Below are positions 34,713 to 45,152 of a stretch of 64,000 bases of DNA, in pieces. The position numbers and the translations under genes are program-made. Under the pieces are notes generated by a model, which made no database searches, was not told the origin of the DNA, and was given only the letters and a program-made list of their open reading frames with translations. Source of the DNA: a virus; the IMG/VR virus record IMGVR_UViG_3300030107_005430, positions 1 through 64,000 of that record; one strand, 5' to 3'. Each line of letters begins with the position of its first letter. The first letter of the stretch is position 1.

Positions 34713-37282
34713 GCAAAAAACTCCTCTAGAGTAGAAACGTGTTCGTGGTTCCACCCTATCTTCTCTAATATGTTCTTGATGGGTTCAAGGAATGATTTTT
34801 CAAATTGAGTATCATAATCTATAAACTCACTCAATCCAAATTCTTTTGGAAGGCTGTTTGGAAAAGCAACAACCTGATCCTGTCCTGCAACTCCACCCAA
34901 TGGATTTGGTTTTCTCAAATGCAGGAACTTGATCTTGTCTCCATCAATAATCTTTCTGTACTTCTTATTTAGATCCAGTTTGTCCAAGTAGTGATTATAA
35001 ATCAAAGAACCTTTTACTGCAATCGGTGTTGACTTTGTATAAATGCTCGTCATGTCACTATACTTGTTCATACCATTCACGCCGCGAGGAAAGGCAATCT
35101 CCTCTGGATCAAACGAATTGAACTTACTGCGAAAGTCTTCGATGAACTCGATCACCGTGTTCTCGTCTGTCGTTAGAATCAACTGAATCGCTTCCTTCAG
35201 TGAATCCCGAACAACCTGTGGTGTGGAACTACGAGTCGTTTCAATGCCCATGATCTTCAACTTAGGTTCATCGTAACGAATACCCTCTGAGTCATGTACA
35301 CGCATCATGTATCGTTTCTTTGCAGTCCACACTGCTTTGTCTGCAATACACTCACGATCCATAACCATTTTGTTTTCGTATGCGTTCATCATAGATGCAA
35401 GTTCATCGTACTGCTTCTTGATGAAGGGAAGAATTATTTCTTCCGACGCTTTGTCGAGGAATTCAACCACCTTCGATTTGGAGGTATCCCCACATACTTT
35501 GTCCACCAATAACCCAAGGCGAAGATACACAGAATCTGTATCACTTGCTGTAACATAATCGTAGTCCTCCGTACCGACTGTCTTATTTAGAAATTCGTTC
35601 AGTTTGTCGGCGATCCAACGAATGCTCAACTGTCCCGACAGAGTGATTGCTTCCGCCATGTCAACATTGAAATAACGAAACCATTCATTACCAATCGCAC
35701 CATAAGCAGAGTTCAATTGAATCTTACGAACCAACTGGAAGTTATTGTACTTCGCAATCTCTTTATCGAGTCTCGCACACGCAGCACCCTTACCCATCGC
35801 AGGTGCATTCAACTTCATCACTTTCTGCTTTTCCTTCTGACACTCAATCATCTTCTTCTTGTACATCTTTCGTTCTTTGTACAATTTCTCCATGAGTGCA
35901 GGAAGAAACCCCTGATGCTCTTTTGTGTAGCAGGTTCCGTTCGCTGCTATTGAATAATTATTATCTGTGTTCTGCTTTAGTGCTTTCTCAACCCATTCGC
36001 TCTGTTCGCCAAGAACACCATCGGGGGTTATCGTGTAATCCTTCTGTTGATTAATCATAGTCTCTGGACTAATGTTGTATTGCATAATCAAGTGAGGATA
36101 CAGACTGTTCAAGTCAAATGACACAACCCAGTCGTGCATACCGACAATCGGATCTTTTACATACGCACCCGCATACTGAGCATCCTTCTTGCTCGTTCGC
36201 TTTGGTGGAATGACAATGTTATGTTCCATTAGATAATGGTAGATGATGCTATCCCATGTTCTCACCTGTCCAAACACATCCATATAATTTACTTTGGCAG
36301 AATATGCGAGAGATACTGCAAGTTCAAGCAACTTCATTTTGTCTTCAAGTTTCTTGACGAGTTCAACATCTTTGACATTGTATTCTATAAATTTCTCAAA
36401 ATCATTTTTATAGAATGTTGCCATGCTATCGTACTCATCATACGACAACTTCTTCTCACCAAGTTCCACGAATGCAATATGATCCAGACGATATGATTCC
36501 TGATTCACATAGGTGAATGTCTGATACAATTCATAATAGTCAAGAGTCGAAACACCAGCGATTTCATAAGTCTGATTCTCACGATTCATTTTACGAATAC
36601 TACGTTCCTTGAGAAACTTCCAAGGCGACAATCGCTTTGCATCAGATTCACCAAGCACATTTGTAATTCTATTAACAAGATAAGGAATGTCAAAGAACCG
36701 AACATTCCAACCAGTGACAACATCAGGAGACTCCAACTCCCATGTGGACAAGAAAGAATCCAGAAGTTCTTCTTCAGTTTCAAACTTAAACTGTCTCAGT
36801 TTTCCATCATAGGGAGAGACTGCAAGATTAAAATCTCCCAAACCATAAACATAAATCCAACCATTGAAATCAACAGTAATTGCATTGATTCGTTCGTTTG
36901 CATTTTCTGGTTTGGGAAACCCATACTCCGATTCGCATTCAATATCAATCGTTGCAACTTTGATTTTCGAGAAGTCGTAATCAATCTCACCTTTATAGTT
37001 TTCCCCGATGAATTGATAAATGAAATCACTGTTACCATAAATGTCAAAACCTTTGACATCCTGATACTTGCTTATAAATTCACGGGTATCATGAATGTTA
37101 CCGGGTTGAATTGGTTCAACGTATAAACCATCGAGGGTTCTATATTCTGTCTTGTTCTGTGAAGGAACAAACATGGTAGGACGGAACTCCTCCCGTCTTT
37201 GGAAAGGAGTTCCGTCCTCCGAAACACCACGGGAAAGAATAAACTTTCCTCGTTGAGTTATGCTAGTGTAGAATTCACCCAT
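34709..37282 (-). CDS. 43: T4 gp43-like family B DNA polymerase
   Basis: DIE, GWNVRFFD, YNVKD, SFDLNSLYP, KIQLNSAYG, SDTDS, KKRY. Confidence 0.97.
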   Translation of the reverse strand: MGEFYTSITQRGKFILSRGVSEDGTPFQRREEFRPTMFVPSQNKTEYRTLDGLYVEPIQPGNIHDTREFISKYQDVKGFDIYGNSDFIYQFIGENYKGEIDYDFSKIKVATIDIECESEYGFPKPENANERINAITVDFNGWIYVYGLGDFNLAVSPYDGKLRQFKFETEEELLDSFLSTWELESPDVVTGWNVRFFDIPYLVNRITNVLGESDAKRLSPWKFLKERSIRKMNRENQTYEIAGVSTLDYYELYQTFTYVNQESYRLDHIAFVELGEKKLSYDEYDSMATFYKNDFEKFIEYNVKDVELVKKLEDKMKLLELAVSLAYSAKVNYMDVFGQVRTWDSIIYHYLMEHNIVIPPKRTSKKDAQYAGAYVKDPIVGMHDWVVSFDLNSLYPHLIMQYNISPETMINQQKDYTITPDGVLGEQSEWVEKALKQNTDNNYSIAANGTCYTKEHQGFLPALMEKLYKERKMYKKKMIECQKEKQKVMKLNAPAMGKGAACARLDKEIAKYNNFQLVRKIQLNSAYGAIGNEWFRYFNVDMAEAITLSGQLSIRWIADKLNEFLNKTVGTEDYDYVTASDTDSVYLRLGLLVDKVCGDTSKSKVVEFLDKASEEIILPFIKKQYDELASMMNAYENKMVMDRECIADKAVWTAKKRYMMRVHDSEGIRYDEPKLKIMGIETTRSSTPQVVRDSLKEAIQLILTTDENTVIEFIEDFRSKFNSFDPEEIAFPRGVNGMNKYSDMTSIYTKSTPIAVKGSLIYNHYLDKLDLNKKYRKIIDGDKIKFLHLRKPNPLGGVAGQDQVVAFPNSLPKEFGLSEFIDYDTQFEKSFLEPIKNILEKIGWNHEHVSTLEEFFA

Positions 37283-37601
37283 TCTTTTCTTCTATAATAC
37301 CATTCAAAAGAACACAATAATTAATAATATCAACAATAGCATCCTGATAACCTTCGTTATCAACTTTAAGTTTTCCCGCTTCAACAAACGTACTTAGTCG
37401 GGAGATCTTATCTACCATTCTAACAAGTACACCCGCTTCTGTCGAGCAAATTCCCATTGCTTCTGTTCTTTCAAAGTTGGCGAAAGGCGAATCTCCACCA
37501 CTTCCAGCATAGTCATGATTCTTCTTTTTCATGAGTTCTTTTGCTTCACTGCAAATTTTATCATGACTCATTAACAATTCTTCACGATTCATCTTTTTCA
37601 T
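37275..37601 (-). CDS. DUF1599/nucleotide-modification-associated all-alpha NTP pyrophosphohydrolase-like protein
   Basis: KKNHDYA, PFANF, RMVDKISRL, DAIVDIINY. Confidence 0.75.
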   Translation of the reverse strand: MKKMNREELLMSHDKICSEAKELMKKKNHDYAGSGGDSPFANFERTEAMGICSTEAGVLVRMVDKISRLSTFVEAGKLKVDNEGYQDAIVDIINYCVLLNGIIEEKNG

Positions 37602-38185
37602 TATTTAACTCCTGTCGAACCAAATCCTCCAACTCGATTAGTTGTTTGTTCTGGAAGTATTGGTGTTTCTTCAAGAGAATATGAAAGGCGAGATACCAAT
37701 TCACCTTGACATATTCTTTCACCATGTTCGATTCTTACTGTGTCTGCACTAGCATTATAAAGCATTACAAAAACTTCATGGTAATAATCTGAATCAATAA
37801 TTCCTTCTCCGTTCGGCATTATAAGACCTCTCTTCAAAGAAACGCTTGATCTGGTGTGCAAACGAACGGAATGATTTTCTGGAATATTAAATATTAGTCC
37901 CGTAGGAACAAGGACTCGTTCAGCAGGTAAGATATCAATTCCCACAGCAAATGTGGAATTTGTTTTTGCTTTCATTGTACATTCTCGTTCTTCCTTTTTA
38001 TTCTCCATTGTATAAACAACAACTCTTGGAGCAGGAACACCGACTCTGATTGATTCAGAAAAATGAGCATGAAGATCGAAACATGCAGATTGATCCGTTG
38101 CAAAAATAGGATCCATTACTGTTTCGTGCTTCTTGTAATATTTTAAATCAGTTTCATGATACAACTGCTTGATCCTGACTGACAT
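37601..38185 (-). CDS. dut: Trimeric dUTPase
   Basis: SACFDL, VPTGL, RSS, GIIDSDY, GERICQ, RVGGFGSTG; start uncertain. Confidence 0.92.
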   Translation of the reverse strand: MSVRIKQLYHETDLKYYKKHETVMDPIFATDQSACFDLHAHFSESIRVGVPAPRVVVYTMENKKEERECTMKAKTNSTFAVGIDILPAERVLVPTGLIFNIPENHSVRLHTRSSVSLKRGLIMPNGEGIIDSDYYHEVFVMLYNASADTVRIEHGERICQGELVSRLSYSLEETPILPEQTTNRVGGFGSTGVK

Positions 38186-38399
38186 ATTCAAAAATCTCAG
38201 AAGCAGATTCAAAAATTTCTACCATTTCAGGAGGAGCAGGTGGTTCACCTTGTGGGGGGATGCCGGCTTGTCCTTGTGATGGAGGAGTACCTGTTCGCAT
38301 CCACTGTTGTGTGTCATATTGATGCTTCATTGAACTGACGTTCATTGCAATACCGATGCAACGAAGACGAATATCTTGATTTCGATTATTTTCATCCAT
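38154..38399 (-). CDS. Small hypothetical protein
   Basis: SD aaagga; first gene after promoter 38502-38529. Confidence 0.7.
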   Translation of the reverse strand: MDENNRNQDIRLRCIGIAMNVSSMKHQYDTQQWMRTGTPPSQGQAGIPPQGEPPAPPEMVEIFESASEIFEYVSQDQAVVS

Positions 38400-38425
38400 T
38401 TTATATTCCTTTCATAATAATGGAT

Positions 38426-38481
38426 TTTAGGTAGAGTAGGGGGGGAGGCAACGCACCTCCCTAACCATACCCCTACCTAAA
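38426..38481 (-). promoter_or_regulatory. Long imperfect hairpin in the leader of the dut-polymerase operon
   Basis: TTTAGGTAG/CTACCTAAA outer stem and GGGAGG/CCTCCC inner stem. Confidence 0.55.
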
Positions 38482-38501
38482 TTTCTTAAGAGAACATATG
38501 T

Positions 38502-38529
38502 AATATACATTATTTTTAAACATTGTCAA
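38502..38529 (-). promoter_or_regulatory. sigma70-type promoter TTGACA-N16-TATATT
   Basis: Direct match upstream of replication genes. Confidence 0.65.
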
Positions 38530-38544
38530 CAGTAATATTTAGAA

Positions 38545-39285
38545 TCATCCAAATGCTTTTACAATAACTTTTCCATTTCCACCTGCACCGGGATCTCCTC
38601 CAGTTCCCTTTGCAGTACCACCACCACCTCCGCCGGGAACTGCTCCATCATCACCATCACGATTTCCTACAGTATTTACTCCACCATCGCCTCCTGCACC
38701 ACCATCTGGACCCCCTGCATCTCCACCATCACCACCAGCAACTGAGAAGTTTGAAACATTACCTCCTGCGGAACCACTGGTGTTTGTATCTCCGTTGGTT
38801 GAAGTTCCACCTGCACCTCCGTGGACTGGATTGGTGTTGTGACCACCTTCTCCACCATCTCCGCCGCCTGCTATAACATTAGTATATCCGTGAAGAGCGA
38901 AGCCTCCAGAAGTTTGTATTTGAATTAACTGGGTGTTTCCTCCATCTCCACCTGCACCTGCGACTTCACCATTACCATCTCCTGCCGCACCACCTGCACC
39001 GACAGTAAATTTTAGTTGATTGTTTTGTGCTACATGAGCATGTTGTATTTTGTATTTAAGATAGCCTCCACCACCACCACCTGCACCCGCCTGCGAAGCC
39101 GCACTTTTACCACTACCTTGGGAACCTCTATCACCACCACCTCCACCACCACCATACATCTCTACTTCAAGATACACTACACCTGCGGGTATAGAATAAG
39201 TCTGAGTACCAGTGCTTGTGATATTAGTGGTACTTAATACTTGATACTCTCTCGTACTCGCTGCTCTTGCTGCACCTAAACTCAT
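38545..39285 (-). CDS. Glycine-rich tail-fibre-associated (adhesin-like) protein
   Basis: VEMYGGGGGGG, TVGAGG, polyglycine runs, GGNGKVIV. Confidence 0.8.
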   Translation of the reverse strand: MSLGAARAASTREYQVLSTTNITSTGTQTYSIPAGVVYLEVEMYGGGGGGGDRGSQGSGKSAASQAGAGGGGGGYLKYKIQHAHVAQNNQLKFTVGAGGAAGDGNGEVAGAGGDGGNTQLIQIQTSGGFALHGYTNVIAGGGDGGEGGHNTNPVHGGAGGTSTNGDTNTSGSAGGNVSNFSVAGGDGGDAGGPDGGAGGDGGVNTVGNRDGDDGAVPGGGGGGTAKGTGGDPGAGGNGKVIVKAFG

Positions 39286-40883
39286 GCGAAGTTCAATCCA
39301 CCTACGAATCCGTAAATGTTAGTACCACCATCGGTAGTCAAGAATGAAAGTACGTCTGTACCTGATGATGATAGAGATGGTGCAGCACCACCCGGCCAAT
39401 CAACCGCTGAATGCCATGTTGTAGTATTTGCTCCACCGTTTGTGATGATGAGAGTAACCGTTCCTGCAAGTCCAGATGCGGGTGGATTTGTAAAAGTGAA
39501 TAGACAATCTCCATTTCCGGTTACTGTCTGAACAGTACCATCATTGAAATCAATACTGGTATTGGTAGTGATGGTTCCAATGTCATATACTGTTTCTCGA
39601 TATGGTTTTTCGAAGGTGACGCCAGCACCGCTAACATCTATCACATCCTGACGAGTACCACCAGTACTTGCTGATATAGTCAATCTTCCTGATTGCATGT
39701 CAATAGCAGTTGAACTGTCTCCGAAGTGTTGTATATAACGATCAACTGAAAGTTCATTTGCTCTGATGTTTATTTCTGCACCACCACCGTTGAATGCAAT
39801 ATGTTCAGTATCACCACCAATTGTAATAATCTGATCTTCTTGCATGATCAGATCACCACTAAGAGTTAATTTATCGAATGTAGCACCATCTGCGGATATT
39901 CCTCCGCCTTCAAGGTGTAATAAATGTTGAGGATTATTATTATTAATCCCAATATTACCATTTCCCAGAATTGTCATTCTGTCTTGATTGTCTGTTGCAA
40001 ATTGAATATATTGATTAGCAGATCCCGAAGATGACTCTGATTCAATATAGAATGCATTTCCTTGTGCGCCATCAAATTGATTATTCGATTCACCATTGAT
40101 TCCGATGTTACAACTGACTACTCCTCCGTCTTGTTCTAAACGAATGAGTGGGTTGTCGTTTTCACCAGAGTTGTCTGTATCTCCTTTAAGTGTAAGAGCA
40201 ACGTCACCTGCATTCTCGACCACCACATTACTACCGAATGTTGCTCCTTTACTGACATTTAGACCTCCAATAATATCCATTGTTGATCCGGGAGTATTGG
40301 TTCCAATTCCGACATTTCCAGAATCAAGAATTGTCATCTTCATATCACCATACACACCAAACTGTAAATCATTGTGACCCCATTTGGTATTTAAATACGC
40401 AGCATTACTTAATGAATTGGTAAATATCTGTCCAGCGTTACCTACAATACCCAGAGTGAAGTTACCTTCATCGCCATCTTGTCCCATTGATATGAGTGGA
40501 TTATCATTTTCACCGGAGTTGTCTGTGTCTGCGATTAGGTTGAGTGTTACATCACCCGTACTAATTGCTGTTATTTTTCCTCCAAATGTTGCTCCACCCT
40601 TTGCGTTAATTCCACCAGTCATTTCTAGTGTATGTTCGAGATTGGGACCAGTAATTCCTATTCCAACTCTGAGGTTGACAGCATCATAATAGAATGCAGT
40701 GGCACCCTGAATGATAGAACCAGTTGCATCATAGTATGCAATTTCTCCCGTGTTTCCCTGTTCGTTTCCAGTCTCTGTGGATGCACTTACTTCCCACGCA
40801 CCTTGAGCATTGTACTTCCAAGTTTTACCCTCGTAAGTATAGGTACTGTTTAATGATGCTGATGATGGGAAATTAATTGCCAT
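39282..40883 (-). CDS. Tail fibre protein
   Basis: MAINFP..TWKY N-terminus; repeated GNVGIGT units; duplicated DTDNSGENDNPLI; WPGGAAPSLS..DVLSF C-terminus. Confidence 0.8.
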   Translation of the reverse strand: MAINFPSSASLNSTYTYEGKTWKYNAQGAWEVSASTETGNEQGNTGEIAYYDATGSIIQGATAFYYDAVNLRVGIGITGPNLEHTLEMTGGINAKGGATFGGKITAISTGDVTLNLIADTDNSGENDNPLISMGQDGDEGNFTLGIVGNAGQIFTNSLSNAAYLNTKWGHNDLQFGVYGDMKMTILDSGNVGIGTNTPGSTMDIIGGLNVSKGATFGSNVVVENAGDVALTLKGDTDNSGENDNPLIRLEQDGGVVSCNIGINGESNNQFDGAQGNAFYIESESSSGSANQYIQFATDNQDRMTILGNGNIGINNNNPQHLLHLEGGGISADGATFDKLTLSGDLIMQEDQIITIGGDTEHIAFNGGGAEINIRANELSVDRYIQHFGDSSTAIDMQSGRLTISASTGGTRQDVIDVSGAGVTFEKPYRETVYDIGTITTNTSIDFNDGTVQTVTGNGDCLFTFTNPPASGLAGTVTLIITNGGANTTTWHSAVDWPGGAAPSLSSSGTDVLSFLTTDGGTNIYGFVGGLNFA

Positions 40884-40907
40884 GTCTAATGTCCTTTACA
40901 CTATTTA

Positions 40908-42272
40908 TCAAAATTCTATCCAGTTACTTTGAGAAGAAACATATGTATATAATTTTGATCTGATGGGATCATACCAGCGATCACCGTCTTGGGGACCCGA
41001 TGGTGCTGATTCCGACTCAGTAAATTTTCCGGTGTCGCTGATTGTCATTTCTATGTCTTTTCCTTTTTGAGCCAAAGTTACCCCGGTTCCTCTGAATATT
41101 AGATCAGAAACAGATTTTATCATTTGTTTATCATTCACACCATCCGTCTTGTCACGAATACCAACAGCACCACCCGCTGCTGCTAACCAATCTCTTGTTC
41201 CTGCCCAATCAAAATCTTGTGATGACGGTTGAATGTTTAATATATTTGCAAGTGTTTTTGTGTCGAGATATACCTTGTCTTCCTCTTCATCTAATCGAAG
41301 AGGGAACTGAAATTTAGTTTTATCAAATGCATTCGTTCCATCTTGTCCGGGATCACCTTTGTCGCCTTTTATTCCTTTCTTTCCTTCTACTCCTCTTTCG
41401 CCCCGATCCCCCCTTTGTCCTTTTGCTCCTTGCTTTCCTTTTGTCCCTTGCTTTCCGGGATCGCCTTTGTCGCCTTTCGGACCTTTTAGTCCAATAGGTC
41501 CTTGAGGACCGACTTCACCCTGTATTCCTTGCTCGCCTTGAGGACCGACTTCACCCTGTATTCCTTGCTCACCTTGAGGACCGACTTCACCTCTTGGACC
41601 TATTTCTCCGGGAATTCCCTGTTCTCCGGGATCGCCTTTGTCGCCTTTATCTCCAATTTCTCCCCGAATTCCCTGTTTACCTTCAAACCCCTTCGGTCCT
41701 TTTGGTAACTTTACTTCAAACAGAGTTTTATCTGTCATATGGATCAATGCAGTTTCAGAATCTAAGTTTTCTACATAACGAACACCAACACCCCTCTCGC
41801 CGTGTTCTCCCTGTTCTCCTTTATCACCTTTCTCACCGGGAATTCCGGGAAGTCCGGGTTTACCGTCATCTCCTCTTTGACCTCTTTCTCCTTGGACACC
41901 TTGAATTGGTTGCTCTTTAATCTCTATTATCTTTTCAACCACCTCTGGTTCTTTTGGTTGTTCTTGTTTTGGTGTTATGAATTTATTGAAACTTTGATTT
42001 ATTTGTGTAAAGGAACCTTCAAGAAGGAAAGGACTTTCGTTCTCATCCACCACAAAAATTTCACTCACACCATTTCCAAAAGAAATTATGTTTGCATTAT
42101 CATTTTCTTCTGTAATGGTAAAAATATGTCCTGCTTCGAATAAATTTTCAATAGGACGAATCAAAACAAATTTATCACCAATACCATTCGAAGAACTTAA
42201 AATATTAAATTCGTCTTTGTTTGGTTCTGTGTTTGATTCAACTTTCAGAAAATTATTAAACGGGAGAGGCAT
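40908..42272 (-). CDS. Collagen-like fibre protein
   Basis: Two long Gly-X-Y tracts; C-terminal P..GDRWYD..LYTY..W. Confidence 0.88.
   Translation of the reverse strand: MPLPFNNFLKVESNTEPNKDEFNILSSSNGIGDKFVLIRPIENLFEAGHIFTITEENDNANIISFGNGVSEIFVVDENESPFLLEGSFTQINQSFNKFITPKQEQPKEPEVVEKIIEIKEQPIQGVQGERGQRGDDGKPGLPGIPGEKGDKGEQGEHGERGVGVRYVENLDSETALIHMTDKTLFEVKLPKGPKGFEGKQGIRGEIGDKGDKGDPGEQGIPGEIGPRGEVGPQGEQGIQGEVGPQGEQGIQGEVGPQGPIGLKGPKGDKGDPGKQGTKGKQGAKGQRGDRGERGVEGKKGIKGDKGDPGQDGTNAFDKTKFQFPLRLDEEEDKVYLDTKTLANILNIQPSSQDFDWAGTRDWLAAAGGAVGIRDKTDGVNDKQMIKSVSDLIFRGTGVTLAQKGKDIEMTISDTGKFTESESAPSGPQDGDRWYDPIRSKLYTYVSSQSNWIEF
41500..41591. repeat. 36-nt tandem repeat (about 2.5 copies) in the collagen gene
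   Basis: CCTTGAGGACCGACTTCACCCTGTATTCCTTGCTC(G/A), encoding GEQGIQGEVGPQ. Confidence 0.85.
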
Positions 42273-42274
42273 GA

Positions 42275-42403
42275 TTATCCTATAAATTTAGTTGTTTGTT
42301 CTTTCTTCGTTTTAACAACAACACTTAAAACTGTTCCAAGAGTTGTTCTTCTTTTTCTTGGCGTTTTCAATTCTAAAACTTTATGAGTTATCTTTACCTT
42401 CAT
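42275..42403 (-). CDS. 42-aa basic protein
   Basis: Hand translation MKVKITHKVLELK..KFIG; fills the gap with ATGA coupling. Confidence 0.5.
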   Translation of the reverse strand: MKVKITHKVLELKTPRKRRTTLGTVLSVVVKTKKEQTTKFIG

Positions 42404-42837
42404 CGGGTTATCTCCCCAACGCACTCAAATCTTCCTTGCAACAAACGAATACTTCCGCCCGTTGCTGTGATTTCTAAGTCGTATAAATGTCGGCCGGTTG
42501 GAACGTATCCCATTGCAGTAGCACCTGCAAATATATAAATTCCACCGTTTAAATCTCCGGTATCACCCTCTGATCTATTCATCACGATACCACCAGTACA
42601 GGAAGTCCTTGCCGTACCACCTCCGGTTATTCCTGCGGTGCATCCCAGAATAGAACTATATGGGTTGGATGTTAGATTTAGAAGAATTTTTGATGCATCC
42701 GTAGATCTTCTTACCTGCATATTTGCAGAATAAGTTGGTGATGGAACACTAATACTATTTCCATTTTCATCTTGATAATGAACATGGAGAATAAAATTAT
42801 CTCCCTGATATGCAACTATATCATGTTTTGCAGGCAT
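42400..42837 (-). CDS. Putative virion structural protein (LtfC/BppU-like Ig fold)
   Basis: HDIVAYQGD..ANMQVR..YDLEI..RLLQGRF..EITR. Confidence 0.7.
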   Translation of the reverse strand: MPAKHDIVAYQGDNFILHVHYQDENGNSISVPSPTYSANMQVRRSTDASKILLNLTSNPYSSILGCTAGITGGGTARTSCTGGIVMNRSEGDTGDLNGGIYIFAGATAMGYVPTGRHLYDLEITATGGSIRLLQGRFECVGEITR

Positions 42838-42870
42838 GAAAAACTCCTTATATATTACTATATATCCCTA

Positions 42871-44220
42871 TTATCTCTTTCGTTTCTTACCTTTCTTTGG
42901 AGATTGAGTCTTTGTTCCTACCTTTACTTTATTTCTTTTAGCCTCTTTTTCTGCTTTTTTCTTTTCTTTTGCTTTAGCCTTTTCTTGCATTTCCTTTACA
43001 AGTTGTTCTTTTGCATTTTCTGTGTGCATCTTACCAAGCAATTGTTCATATTGAATGAGATTATTCGCTACCCTTTCTCGTTCAGATTCTGGGATTAAAT
43101 TTTCATCAATCAACCTCTTACATGCATGATATCCGACATGTGGTTTTCCTGCTGCCCATGCACTTGCACCAAGTTCGTCGAGAATTTGATACTTATAAAC
43201 TTCATCACTGATGAACAAAATATCGTCATGTGGATATGGTATCTCTATAGCCATTTTTGCAAAAATATAACCAAGTCGTGGCTTATCGTGCATTTGACGA
43301 TATATTCTTGCTAATTGATATAGAGGTTCTGCTCTGGTTGGTCTGGAATCATAACAATCTAAAAACTTTTGCTGAATCTCTTCCCAAGGCTTATTTAAAA
43401 TTGCAGTAATCAAAGCAACACGATAAAGAGAATAATAGACTTCCTCTTCCCATCCTCCCATTTCTGCTCGTCTTTGATACTGTTCTATTGATTTTTCGTA
43501 TTGCTGAGAATCAAAATAACTCTGTGCAAGGTAGAAAACATATCTAGAATTATCAGGATCATAGAATTGAGATTCTTCATTATATAATGCATCGTATAAT
43601 TTCTCTGCATCCTTTGAGTATTTTTCTTGTGTTGAAATTCCCACGTTTCTTGCACCCAAAGTTCTTGCAGTGATTTTATAATCACTCATCAATTTACCAA
43701 TTTTAGGTTGAGGATTTCCTTGACAGTTAGCATATTCATGAAGAACTCCAACATAGTGCCAGTCAGAATCTAGACGGAATATTTGATTTCTCCACCAAAG
43801 AAAATCTTCTCTTCCTAGACGAAGACTGTATGCATCTTCTTTCATTTCTTCAGGATAGATAAGATCACCTTCGATGTAATCGTCTGCATCAATCATCCAT
43901 GCATATTCTGCATTTCCTTTTGCATTTTGAAGTGCTTCTGTTCTTGAACCAATTCCCTGAGAACCATCACCGAATCCTTTCCAGTCGGAAAGATAAACTT
44001 CTCCGGGAATCCCATGTTCATCCATAAATTCCGTAATGAGTTCCGGTGTTCCATCGGTAGAACCAGTGTCTGTAATGTCATAACGATCAATGTATGGAAG
44101 CATTGATTTGAGACATTCTTTAATGATGTGGGATTCATCTTTCACAATCATACAAAGAGTTACAGTTGTTGGTTTTTTTACCTTCTTGACAGTTTTTACT
44201 GTTTTCATTTCACTATCCAT
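42871..44220 (-). CDS. GT2 glycosyltransferase with TPR repeats
   Basis: LCMIVKDE, DTGSTDGT, IDADD, GVLHE, FYLAQSY, RPTRAEP. Confidence 0.9.
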   Translation of the reverse strand: MDSEMKTVKTVKKVKKPTTVTLCMIVKDESHIIKECLKSMLPYIDRYDITDTGSTDGTPELITEFMDEHGIPGEVYLSDWKGFGDGSQGIGSRTEALQNAKGNAEYAWMIDADDYIEGDLIYPEEMKEDAYSLRLGREDFLWWRNQIFRLDSDWHYVGVLHEYANCQGNPQPKIGKLMSDYKITARTLGARNVGISTQEKYSKDAEKLYDALYNEESQFYDPDNSRYVFYLAQSYFDSQQYEKSIEQYQRRAEMGGWEEEVYYSLYRVALITAILNKPWEEIQQKFLDCYDSRPTRAEPLYQLARIYRQMHDKPRLGYIFAKMAIEIPYPHDDILFISDEVYKYQILDELGASAWAAGKPHVGYHACKRLIDENLIPESERERVANNLIQYEQLLGKMHTENAKEQLVKEMQEKAKAKEKKKAEKEAKRNKVKVGTKTQSPKKGKKRKR

Positions 44221-44234
44221 TTATTATCACCTTT

Positions 44235-45152
44235 CTATGATGTCACTTCTTTATATGAAGAAATCCAATCTTGAAGTTTTACTTTGGGATTCCATCCTAA
44301 CATTATTTTAATCTTATTGATATTTGCTTTTGATATTCTAACCTCTGCAAGTCTGGGTGGGATATGTTGAAATTTTGCATCATCTCCCCCTATCATTCGA
44401 ATTAAATCAAATATATTCCAATTAACTCCAGTTCCAACATTGAAAATTTCCCCAAACACATCCTCATTCTTTGTTATTGCAGCATTAATATTCGCTTGTA
44501 CAACATCACTCACATGAGTAAAATCTCTTCGTTGCATTCCATCACCAACAACTGTCATTTCTTCATTATTTTCGTGTTGTCGGAGGAATAATCCAATCAC
44601 AGGAGCATACTGTCCTTTTACTGGTTGTCTTTCTCCATAAACATTGAAGTAACGGAATATGATGGTTTCCATCCCATACATGTCGTGGAACATCTTACAC
44701 AGATTTTCGCCCGATACCTTTGTGATAGAATATGCATTCAGACAATCTGGAATCATATCTTCAGTTACGGGTGCTTGATTATTCAAACCGTAAGAAGAAG
44801 AAGTAGAAGAATATACAAATCTCTTCACTCCATGTTCTCTTGCCGCTTGCAGAACATTGCATGTCCCATAAACATTTGTTTTTGCGGTGAGTGTTGGATT
44901 ATGAATTGCGGGTTGAATTCTTGCTTCTGCTGCCAGATGAAATACACAATCTACATCTTCAAATAAAGATTCTATCTTGTCATAATCACAAATGTCATAC
45001 TTGTAGTTATCTGCCTTATTGTTCCAATAAAAAGAATCATGACAATCAGTTGATTCGTTGTCTATAACGATAACAGAATGATCAAGTTCCAATAGTTCAT
45101 CTACTAAATTAGAACCAATAAATCCTGCTCCTCCTGTCACTAAATAACGCAT
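44235..45152 (-). CDS. NAD-dependent sugar epimerase/dehydratase
   Basis: VTGGAGFIGS, YSITK, RYFNVYG, RDFTHV. Confidence 0.92.
   Translation of the reverse strand: MRYLVTGGAGFIGSNLVDELLELDHSVIVIDNESTDCHDSFYWNNKADNYKYDICDYDKIESLFEDVDCVFHLAAEARIQPAIHNPTLTAKTNVYGTCNVLQAAREHGVKRFVYSSTSSSYGLNNQAPVTEDMIPDCLNAYSITKVSGENLCKMFHDMYGMETIIFRYFNVYGERQPVKGQYAPVIGLFLRQHENNEEMTVVGDGMQRRDFTHVSDVVQANINAAITKNEDVFGEIFNVGTGVNWNIFDLIRMIGGDDAKFQHIPPRLAEVRISKANINKIKIMLGWNPKVKLQDWISSYKEVTS

Noticed and set aside
25962-37282. Inteins or introns in nrdJ, helicase, uvsX or polymerase
   Set aside because: ORFs are continuous, of ordinary length, and show no splice motifs
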